Shown here: positions 1 to 7,927 of the stretch, in pieces
How positions within the stretch are numbered: the first letter of the stretch is position 1
How the letters are laid out: each line of letters opens with the position of its first letter
Assembly: GCA_002794465.1 (NCBI GenBank)
Contig: MTSL01000034.1
Span: 1 to 8,417, forward strand
Source of the DNA: Paramicrosporidium saccamoebae KSL3
Lineage: Eukaryota; Fungi; Cryptomycota
Length of the DNA: 8,417 bases
Direction of reading: 5' to 3'
Position numbers and translations under genes: made by a program
Notes under the pieces: generated by a model
What the model saw: only the letters and a program-made list of their open reading frames with translations
Told to the model about the DNA's origin: nothing
The model's database searches: none

Positions 1-6
1 GTCAAC

Positions 7-1546
7 ATGGATGATTCCGTGCAAATGGGATCCCTCCAAGTGAGTAGTCAACAAGTTATATATCTCCTCTGTCTGTTCGCATCTTATCTGTTCTCTTTCT
101 TTTATTACTGGAAGCTACACCTGCTAAAGACGGAATGGGTCAAGCATCTCTACATGGTGGCAGTCTCAAACCTATTTCTGTTTGCCTGCTTCACCAAATG
201 GCAAGTCTTGAAAGTCTATATACCGATTGCCACTTGCTACATGCTTGCGCGAGCGTTTCGAAAGGAATGGTGGATGCCGGTCGTAAACTTTATCGTTGTA
301 GTGGCGTTGCTTTCAGTATCCCATCTTTACCGCCAATTTGGGCCTGGTGCAGATGTTAACAGTTACAGTCTAGACATTACTGGGCCATTAATGATGATGG
401 TTATGAAGCTGACTTCGTTTGCGTTCGACATGCACGATGCCCGACGATGGTCTATGCGGCGACCCAGTCGGCCTGTTCCAACCACCGAAGACATAACAAA
501 GGCCCCTCCCAGTGAAAAGACTAGCAAAGGTCCGATTGTAGAACCGGCCAGCAAATTTGCAGTGATCCGCAAGTATCCAACAGTCCTCGAGTTTCTTGGC
601 TATGCGCTGCTCTTTCCTGGGCTGCTGGCCGGCCCCGTGGTGCCCTTTTATGAATATCGAACGTTTATCAACGGGACGTACTTTGCCGGAATAGACGTCA
701 CTCGGAACGCTCTCACGGGGAGAAAGAGACGCGCATTATATCTCTTCATCGTGGCTTGCAGTTCGTTGGTAATGTATGTCTGTCTGAAGCCACTATTTGA
801 GCCATCATACATGTTCCACCCAGACTTTATGTCTCGTCCATGGTGGTATCGCGCGCTCTACGTACACATGTCAAATCTAGTCTTCAGATCAAAGTATTAC
901 TTTGCATGGATGATGGCCGAGGGGTCGTATGTAATCATTGGACTTGGATTCCGGCTGAGTTCGACAAAGAAGCCTCTCTGGGACCGACTGGAAAATGTCA
1001 ACCCGATTAGAATTGAAAGTACAGCCGATTTTCGGCTTTTAGTGAGCCAGTGGAATGTTTTCACTAATCAGTGGCTAAACGCCTATGTGTATAGGAGGCT
1101 GCAAAAGTATTTTGGAAAAGGGACGAGCAGCTCGAGAGCCAGTATGATCACCTACATTGTATCTTCGCTTTGGCACGGATTCTATCCTGGCTATTACTTG
1201 GTGTCGGCGAGTGCAGCGTGGATGACGCTTGTTTCTCGAAGTATGCCCTTTGCGAGTCTGTATTTATTGTTTAGTGATTTACAAGAATATTACATGGCCG
1301 TTTGGCAGCCTGTCCAGGAGAATCGTGTCCTACGTCCCCATGTTTATGCTAGTTGATTATATCCTGGTTCCATTTGCGTTTCTTGACTTTGGGCGATCAT
1401 GGGAATATTGGAAGTCTGTCGGGTTCTGGGGCCACATTGTCCTGGGCGTAATTTCATTTCATTTTATGGTTCTCGGCCCAGCGTTTGCGCGATTGCAGCG
1501 TGTTGGAGAGTCGACGGGCCTACAAGCGGAATCGAAGCATAAATAA
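7..1546 (+). CDS. ALE1: MBOAT-family lysophospholipid acyltransferase (Ale1/Lpt1/LPCAT-like); join(7..1240,1275..1546), 501 aa
   Basis: Polytopic hydrophobic protein with MBOAT motifs: DITGPLMMMVMKLTSFAFD, FPGLLAGP, SQWNVFTNQWLNAYVYRR (W-N at 1051-1056) and SSLWHGFYPGYY (catalytic His codon 1174-1176). Removing 1241-1274 joins ORF 7..1356 to the frame of ORF 1229..1546 and restores an Ale1-like C-terminus (YILVPFAFLDFGRSWEYWKSVGFWGHIV). Confidence 0.9.
1241..1274 (+). other. 34-nt spliceosomal intron in the MBOAT gene
   Basis: Begins GTATGC and ends TTTAG. It is phase 1 (A|TG gives Met), and its removal gives exactly the frame change needed to recover the conserved C-terminal segment. Confidence 0.85.
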
Positions 1547-1747
1547 ACCTAGCGAATATGAACTGTAAAATACTATGCTATCCTCGATTTAGCTGGGTTG
1601 GGGTTACCAATTATAAGCGGATAGCTGTGATTTATCGCTAATCCGCGACGAATCAGTAGTCGGGCATGGTTGTAGGCCCATGTCGACAACAGCACCTGTC
1701 AGGTTTCAAGGAGCTGCTGACCCCTGGCTGACGAGAGTTTTTTCCAG

Positions 1748-2629
1748 ATGATAGCGTCACCACTTGTTCTGTTGCTGACGCTGGGTTTTGCATGTGCATC
1801 GCAAGGAGCTAAAGACGGAAGACGGCCCGAAATGTTTAGCTATAGTGCCCCCGAAGAACAACTTACTGGAGAAAAAATCTTTTACGCGATTGAGTTTTTA
1901 AAGTCAAAGGACGCCCAAGGTAATTACCGTATGACCCCATCGTTGATTCCTGGAATGGAGATTTCATTGGAAGATTCGTTCAAGTCGATTGTGCATGCGC
2001 TGAATGAGGATCAAAGGAAAGAGTTGATTAAAAAGTTTAGGCAAGGAGATGGTTCTAACTCGACAGATCTTGGCCATGGTCACTTTAAGCTAAAGTTTTC
2101 CACCAAGTCAAATCTTGCTTCTTCTGCTGGACGGTTCTATTTTGAGATAGTGCCTCCAGGGCCGAATGAAATGGCCTGCGAGGGAGACGATAATGATATT
2201 GGAAGCTTTTTCGATCCAAGCCAAAAAGTTGAAAAAGTCGAGATCGAGACCCTTGGAAACGGGGATAATGGTGCTTCTCCTGTACCAGCCATGGAAATCG
2301 AAAGGGAGCTCGATCAGCTCGATAATGTTTCCGAGGATGACTCTTGGAATACACTGCCGCCTGGCGTGACCCCCGAAAACGCCACCCGAAATAGGGGCCC
2401 CCGTGCCGCCCTGCAACCCGGCCTTGATTACATTAAATTTGTGCGCAAAGTCGCCAAGATTCAGAGTATAATGCTCGGTGTCTCTCCGGTCGATCCCTTT
2501 GCTGTCGGAACTGTTGCTAATGGTTCATTTTTTCCCATACAAATCAGATCGCTCAATGGGTTGATTTTTGTGCCAAATGTGGACTCTATGGGCATGATTA
2601 TGGGAATCGTTTACTTGATTAATTTCTAG
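1748..2629 (+). CDS. Hypothetical secreted protein, 293 aa as unspliced; the C-terminus may be spliced differently
   Basis: Long ATG ORF with a signal-peptide-like N-terminus (MIASPLVLLLTLGFACASQG) and an acidic, low-complexity middle. No family recognised. Confidence 0.75.
   Translation: MIASPLVLLLTLGFACASQGAKDGRRPEMFSYSAPEEQLTGEKIFYAIEFLKSKDAQGNYRMTPSLIPGMEISLEDSFKSIVHALNEDQRKELIKKFRQGDGSNSTDLGHGHFKLKFSTKSNLASSAGRFYFEIVPPGPNEMACEGDDNDIGSFFDPSQKVEKVEIETLGNGDNGASPVPAMEIERELDQLDNVSEDDSWNTLPPGVTPENATRNRGPRAALQPGLDYIKFVRKVAKIQSIMLGVSPVDPFAVGTVANGSFFPIQIRSLNGLIFVPNVDSMGMIMGIVYLINF
2513..2547 (+). other. Possible 35-nt intron in the 1748 gene
   Basis: GTTGCTAAT...TTTTTTCCCATACAAATCAG contains a branch-like GCTAAT, a pyrimidine tract and a CAG acceptor. 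It is phase 0 and the same size class as the MBOAT intron. The next exon would be 2548..2622 (IAQWVDFCAKCGLYGHDYGNRLLD*). Confidence 0.4.
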
Positions 2630-3100
2630 AAACGAATTGAGACGTCTGATTAATAGAAATCTGTTCTTCTTCCTAAATTGTCGAGCCTCTAAATGACTTT
2701 GCAAACAGTTTATCCACAGTGATTCCTTTAATATACGACAATTAGCCAACACTGGTTAAATTATTTTTATCTGCGCGATGATCTGTTTTCTGCGCTTATT
2801 TGTCACCAGTTCTATGACATTAAAATCGTCTAAAAGCAGGTCGCACATCTCCTATATCCAAGCCTTGATCCGTAGATATGTGACAGAGTGAAATGATCAG
2901 CTGGTTATTTGAGAATAGTGAGATCTGTATTATTGGGATTGGCGGTTAATAAATTTTCTTCCCGCCTGACTTTAATAAAGGAGTCAATCACTCTACTACT
3001 TTACACAGTGGAAGCTCAGAAGAGTCAGCCACCCCGACGCAATTACCGACCTGTGCTGACCACGCCGGGAGTGCGTCGAAGCCGCTTTGTGACTCGTTGT

Positions 3101-4978
3101 ATGCTGTGTTCTGTGCTTATTCCATTTTTGATACTTCTGGGCAAAGGGAGAGGTTCCGAGGGCGTAGGCCTTATTGAATTGAGCAACCGTGGAAAAGGCC
3201 TATCGCTATCTGAGCTCAATGAGAAACTTGAAATGGCCGTTGAAGAAGAGGGAATTTCTATTCTCAACGCGTGTACTATTGCCTTTGGTAACCAAGTTTC
3301 TGAGATGAATCCCAAGCGCCTTGTAGAAAGGGCGCTTCGCATGAACTGCCAGTACGTTCTCCTCTGTGCTCAAAGAATGTTTCTCCTCGGCTCGGGGGAA
3401 CCCGGGGACTATCATTGGGTTTACGCACGATTATTTGGAATGCCTTTGTTTCGTGAGGTGCTGTGGGAGGGCATGATGTTTAACTGGAAAACTTATTGGG
3501 AAGAGATATTCAAGGCTGATAATGTTGAATTATTTAGACATGCAAGAGCGAACCCCTTGTTACTCGGCTTGGACGCAGTTGTCGTTCCGTCTCAAGAGAC
3601 TTTGGAATCGCTGGACGCAGCAAAGATTCTTGATTATTTAAAGATGAGTCCCAATTCCGGCAGTTATAGTGTAGATACACTGGTTGCATTGCGGTGCACC
3701 AACACTCTACGCCTACTACATGGGCGAGATTCCACAATATTTGACGGCTTAACACCCTGTTGGGAAATCCAAGATCCCGATCTTCTTGATTTTCTCTTGT
3801 CAGTCAACAGTGATCTTGTGAATATCTCATGGATAGTGGATTATGCTATAGCTAGCGATCTGCTAGAACCGCTTGAAGTCCTGTACAATTGGCAAAAGGA
3901 ATTCTTACTGGATCAGGAGAACTTGGACTGTGCTGCTAAGCATGGAAGCCTAAAGATTCTTCAGTGGGCTCACTCCATTCATCCCACAATACAGCCGAGT
4001 AAAGCGTGTATGCCGCAAATCATGATCAGCGGATACGTTGACGTATTCGAGCTTCTGTATTCTCACAACAAAGACTTTCTACCTGAAGCCTATAAAGAGG
4101 AGAATGCAGGTGAATCAACTATGTGGCACTATGACATGATTGTTAAACTGTATGGTATTGCGCCTAAATTGGTTCCGCTAGAGCAACTCTATAGTCATTC
4201 TATAGAGCTGGGGCGGTACCAGGTGGCCCTCTGGACAGGCAAGAGAATCTACAAGACAAAAGGTGCTATCATGTTTACAGTGGACGATTTCAATAGAGCG
4301 ATCGAGTTTGAAGCATGGTCGTTTGTAATCTGGGCCGTGGAGAAGGAACCAAAACTGCTGCCCAGCAGAGCAGATATTACCACTAAGCAATGGAAATGTA
4401 ATCATGATAGCCAGGTGCAAAGAGACTTCTTGGCTCTTCTAAGCCATCTTTATGAGCAGACCAAAGATTGCGAATATCTACCTACGGTAGAAGAGCTAAC
4501 AAACCAGCCGGTTGAGTATATACAGGGTGTGTATTCTCACAATCCAGAACATTTTACTGAGCAAGACCTGTTGGATCTTTGTGCTTCCAAAGAGACTGGT
4601 GCAGACATTCACGAGTGGCTTTCGGGACTCGATATGGATGTTGCGACGTTGAATATGGCGGACGCAGCAGCGCGTACTGGGAACTTTGAAGCACTAGATT
4701 GGATTGTTCAACAAAAACCAGAAATCCTCCCCTCCAGAGACTCTATCTTATGGGGAATGAGTACATTCTTTGACAATAGGAAGACGACAAAGTTGGTGGC
4801 ATGGCTGTTTGATAAGAGACCTGAGCTCCTCCCTACTTGGACATTTCTTCAGGACTTGGGTGATTATGGCATATCTTTAGACATGCTGCAAAAAGTAAAG
4901 GAGAGGCAGGCAGAACAGATGAACCAAGAAAAGTCAGCCGGGAGGAGCAGAAATACTGGCACCCTAATGAACCTATGA
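3101..4978 (+). CDS. Signal-peptide-bearing protein with divergent ankyrin-like helical repeats, 625 aa from ATG 3101
   Basis: The first in-frame ATG of the 2909..4978 frame is at 3101 and begins a signal-peptide-like segment (MLCSVLIPFLILLGKGRGS). Ankyrin-like units include LDCAAKHGSLKILQWAHSIHP (from about 3923) and MADAAARTGNFEALDWIVQQKP (4655 on), plus weaker ones (VDYAIASDLLEPLEVLYNW, FNRAIEFEAWSFVIWAVEKEP). Confidence 0.8.
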   Translation: MLCSVLIPFLILLGKGRGSEGVGLIELSNRGKGLSLSELNEKLEMAVEEEGISILNACTIAFGNQVSEMNPKRLVERALRMNCQYVLLCAQRMFLLGSGEPGDYHWVYARLFGMPLFREVLWEGMMFNWKTYWEEIFKADNVELFRHARANPLLLGLDAVVVPSQETLESLDAAKILDYLKMSPNSGSYSVDTLVALRCTNTLRLLHGRDSTIFDGLTPCWEIQDPDLLDFLLSVNSDLVNISWIVDYAIASDLLEPLEVLYNWQKEFLLDQENLDCAAKHGSLKILQWAHSIHPTIQPSKACMPQIMISGYVDVFELLYSHNKDFLPEAYKEENAGESTMWHYDMIVKLYGIAPKLVPLEQLYSHSIELGRYQVALWTGKRIYKTKGAIMFTVDDFNRAIEFEAWSFVIWAVEKEPKLLPSRADITTKQWKCNHDSQVQRDFLALLSHLYEQTKDCEYLPTVEELTNQPVEYIQGVYSHNPEHFTEQDLLDLCASKETGADIHEWLSGLDMDVATLNMADAAARTGNFEALDWIVQQKPEILPSRDSILWGMSTFFDNRKTTKLVAWLFDKRPELLPTWTFLQDLGDYGISLDMLQKVKERQAEQMNQEKSAGRSRNTGTLMNL

Positions 4979-5556
4979 TTTAGTATCTTTCCCGTAATGT
5001 TTCTTCAGCCTGCGTACAGAAACTTTTTACCGGACACACTAAGCAAGAGCTAATTTGATCGAGCATAAAGGACGGCCTGTACTAGCAAAACTAGTTTTCG
5101 TTTAGTGTGGACGCTAGAAAATCCCTGTGACTAGGTGATAGTGACAACGCGGAACACTACCCAAATAGATGGTATCCGATAAAAACTTGCCACTGATGGC
5201 TACCATGGCGATTGGCCCATTGAGCAGCAAAGGCTTGTTATAATCTTGTTTTATTCATCAGAACTATTATTGTTTGCGTAGGCATAGTGCATTGAGATAT
5301 TTGATGGTCACGGGACTGTAGAAACGGGACCAATAGATTTCCTTGATCCTCTCACTCTAATGAGTATGCGACCAGCCATTGAATTTCCCTACGGTCGTTG
5401 CTATTTTTAGGATATTGATTATTTTCTATAACCATGTTAACTCTGCCCCCGGGCCATCTTTGGCGCGATGCAAACTGTCGCCGCTGTCTTTACGGTCATG
5501 GGCGCAATTGCTACTGGCCTGTCTGGAAGGTCTGAAGGACCTCGTTGGTCATCATA

Positions 5557-6319
5557 ATGGCTCAACGCACTCAAGTTTATGCCGTGTCTCGTTGTGCTAT
5601 TTGGGGGCCAGTGGCAGCGGCGGATGCGGCCGTTTGGTCTTGTGTGGTGGGAGGAGTGTTGGTTCTTGTTGCTTTCGCACCCCTTCTTGGGCGCCATCTG
5701 CGCAAATATCATCAGAGGAAGAAGCTTGTCGGGCATCTCACCAACTTGCGCTCCGGAATTACAATGTGGGATGCCTCGATGAGTTTCGACCAAGCCCTAT
5801 CGGTTTGCCATGCTCCGATTGTACTTATGTTTATAGATTGCTGTTGAGCGTTATCCGGGAGTTGGCCCAGAACTCATTGCCCAACTGCCCATTCAACTTC
5901 TGAAAAGGGTCTTTGAGACGCGCTTGGCCACATGCCAGCAACTTACCTTTGAGTATTTCAAAGCAGAATGTCTCTGTGACATGTCGTTTTATGACATAGG
6001 CGTTTTTGGCAGAAACGCCGCCTTGCTGCTCTTTATAGAACCATCACAAATCGCGGAATGCTGTGACTAGTTTGTCGAATGTGCCGTCATATGGAAGGCA
6101 TACGAGAAACTTAAAGACGCGGAAAGAATCACTATTCTCCGGTATATGCGGAAGAACAGCGTCTTTAATGTGGACATTAGAGCAAGTTGCACCCGGCACT
6201 CCATCAAAAACATGGGACTTGAGTGGCAGAAGACGCTCTATCGGGCCCCTTTTATCAAGAGCCTACAGATGCTGATAACAAGGATGATACGGTATGGTAC
6301 AGACTGCGGAGCGCCCTGA
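5557..6319 (+). CDS. Probable spliced (or disrupted) gene for a hypothetical single-pass membrane protein; exon structure uncertain
   Basis: Frame from ATG 5557 encodes a TM-like stretch (AVWSCVVGGVLVLVAFAPLLG) followed by a basic patch (RHLRKYHQRKK). A candidate 34-nt phase-0 intron at 5803-5836 (GTTTGC...TTATAG) joins it to a frame open from 5837 to 6319 except for one TAG at 6068-6070. An alternative 37-nt intron at 6002-6038 leads to an exon ending at 6275. Confidence 0.4.
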
Positions 6320-6355
6320 GACTTTCATATCCGTTATTGTGCTGATAACTGGTAG

Positions 6356-6426
6356 ACTACACCAGGACTTTTCAAACTTTTGTAGTCGATACACTGCTGT
6401 AGATGTTTGAAATGCCCTGGTGTAGT
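6356..6426. repeat. Inverted repeat / 71-nt hairpin with 22-nt arms
   Basis: Left arm 6356-6377 ACTACACCAGGACTTTTCAAAC matches the reverse complement of right arm 6405-6426 (ACTACACCAGGGCATTTCAAAC) at 20 of 22 positions. The 27-nt spacer can pair further (GTAGT/ACTGC around a 6-nt loop). Confidence 0.85.
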
Positions 6427-6694
6427 AGTATAGTGAATGTGATGTTGTCTGTTGGTCGCGTGGTAGATCTGTGAAGCAATGGAATGATAGTCTCTCATAA
6501 AGCTCGGAAAATAGCGGTATGATAGTTGTACACTGAGTGCTTTGTGTCGGCTCACTATGGGGCAAAGGAAGGCGCTTTGCCTGGCATTAACCCCACTACG
6601 TTCACCTAATATCTGGATTCCTATGAGGGTGTAGTAGCCGGCGACCTAGTTAATACGGGCGAGCTACACTTGGGAATATGGAGCAGTTCCGGGA

Positions 6695-7158
6695 ATGTTT
6701 ATGAGCGCCGTATATGCAACCACAAGCCCCGATCAGGCCATTTTTAAGGAGGGAATTACCCCGTTGGTTTGTAGAATGCTCTTGAAGGTATTGGATCGCT
6801 GCCAAATTTGTTACGTCAATGCTCTTGAACAGTGTCCCTTGTCGATCCGGGAGTTATGTGAGCTCGAGCGAAGTAAACATTTTACGGTGTGCATCTCATG
6901 GGACTATTGTGAGTGGCTAACGAGTTTACTAGATTAAACCTCGCAGAAAGGTCCAGTACGCAAGGTTACGTTTATTTTAAGGTATTGATGCTAAACAAAA
7001 TGGTTACAGCCCGTTGCACATTTTCTTCAGAGGTAGTATTGGAGGAGGAACCGTTAGCCATGTCAAAGGATTCAAATAGGAGAGATAGGTCGCAACTCAA
7101 TCTTCTTTATTCGTTGTTCAGGATCTTAAATATAGACGTCCCGAAAAGTGCACAATGA
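6695..7158 (+). other. Two overlapping short ORFs (6695..6937, 6913..7158); possible gene fragment, spliced gene or pseudogene
   Basis: Adjacent ORFs in different frames, with splice-like signals (GTGAGT at 6909, GCTAAC at 6916). The GTGAGT donor gave no open join with the nearby AGs I tested. No homology recognised. Confidence 0.2.
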
Positions 7159-7171
7159 CATGGCTTCCATT

Positions 7172-7872
7172 TTATCGGCTAACAGGTGGGTGAGTGATAT
7201 TAAATTCGGTGTGATGTGAGAAGTATTAAAGGCAGGGAAGCTTGGGGCATTTGGGTGGGCAGTAACAAGGGGTGGATATCTACTATAAGGTGAATATCTC
7301 CCGATGGGATGGATTGCTTTGTCATTATGTTTCGTGGGGGTGTTTTAGATAGCAAGGTGCGTAAGTGATATTCAATTCAATGTGTTCTGACCCGTATTGA
7401 AGGCAGAGAAGCTTGGAGCATTGGGCAAGTAGTCACAAAGGGACAATTATCTACTGTAAGGTGAATATCTCCCGATCTAATACACAGATTTGTCTAGGTG
7501 TTTTGTGGGGATGTTTGAAATAGTTGGGTGGGTGTGTGATACTGAATTCAGTGTGATGTGATGAGTATCCAAGGCAGGGAAGCTTGGGACACTGGGTAAA
7601 TAGTTACCATGGGTAATTATCGACTACGTCATGAATACCGTGCGATTTAGTAAATTGAGTTGTACAGTTCTTTCGTGGGGATGTTTGTAGTGCTAAGGTA
7701 GGTGCGTACGTGGTGTTTAACTCAATGTGATGTGATGAGTATTGGAGGTAGAGGAGCTTGGAGCATCGCAGTCGCAAGGGGGATTCGTGCAGTTTTGTTA
7801 ATCCCACAAGATGTAGTGGTTCAATTTTGATGATTCTTTCAGGAGCGTGTCTGTAATAGTAAATCAGGTGTC
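7172..7872 (-). pseudogene. Decayed gene for a protein with ~57-aa tandem repeats
   Basis: In one minus-strand frame the units read approximately YxKHPHE...Q......REIFTL...QC(P/S)KL(P/L)CLQYSSHH(I/T)E(L/F)NIT(H/Y)(P/A). Many inter-unit differences are synonymous third-position changes (tgc/tgt, ctt/ctc, gaa/gag, aat/aac, act/aca/acg, cac/cat, cgg/cgc). Unit 4 is open, units 1-3 carry stops, unit 3 has +4 and -1 indels, and the frame ends at TAA 7172-7174. Confidence 0.6.
7185..7866. repeat. Degenerate tandem array of four ~171-bp units
   Basis: Units start at GGTG(G/C)GT at 7185, 7356, 7527 and 7701, with the next degenerate GGTG at 7867 (periods 171, 171, 174, 166). Shared blocks include AAGGCAGRGAAGCTTGG, GTGAATATCTCCCGAT (identical in units 1 and 2) and TTYGTGGGG. 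Confidence 0.92.
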
Positions 7873-7927
7873 ATGAGCTATCCAGAGAGTTCTGACAAGT
7901 ACTTTGGGGAAATGGGATCTAGGCATT

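Noticed and set aside
2569-2610. Zinc knuckle in the alternative exon (CAKCGLYGHDYGNR)
   Set aside because: The fourth ligand of CX2CX4HX4C is Arg rather than Cys, and the exon itself is unproven.
2710-2718. Perfect DnaA box TTATCCACA
   Set aside because: A single 9-mer in intron-containing eukaryotic DNA, with no cluster or unwinding element; treated as chance.
2909-3100. TTG-initiated N-terminal extension of the ankyrin-like ORF
   Set aside because: Eukaryotic initiation is expected at ATG, and ATG 3101 directly begins a signal-peptide-like segment. The extension is likely open 5' UTR.
135-4420. Short nested or antisense ORFs inside the three main genes (135, 363, 2085, 2108, 2166, 2525, 3043, 3206, 3534, 4178)
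   Set aside because: Typical off-frame shadows of long coding regions with no independent evidence.
5087-5098. Perfect palindrome AAAACTAGTTTT
   Set aside because: A 12-bp palindrome is expected by chance in a window of this size.
5379-5903. Multiple overlapping ORFs (5379..5903, 5579..5782, 5437..5793 minus)
   Set aside because: Most likely shadows in a locally GC-rich segment; none has a recognisable motif. The 5557 frame has the most coherent topology.
5755-6275. Tim44/Mba1-like domain in the cryptic gene
   Set aside because: The resemblance (WDASMSFDQAL; MWTLEQ...WDL) is loose and depends on an unverified exon choice. It needs HHpred.
6263-6565. Minus-strand ORFs 6263..6565 and 6334..6555 as genes
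   Set aside because: They start at GTG, have no recognisable features and overlap the hairpin; likely non-coding.
6068-7630. Alternative genetic code (TAA/TAG = Gln)
   Set aside because: The intact long genes contain no internal TAA/TAG and use CAA/CAG for Gln. The MBOAT gene ends in TAA right after its expected C-terminus. The stops are confined to degraded regions.
7185-7866. Alpha-satellite-like centromeric DNA (171-bp period)
   Set aside because: Only the length coincides. There are just four highly diverged units, I see no alphoid motif, and the divergence looks codon-structured.
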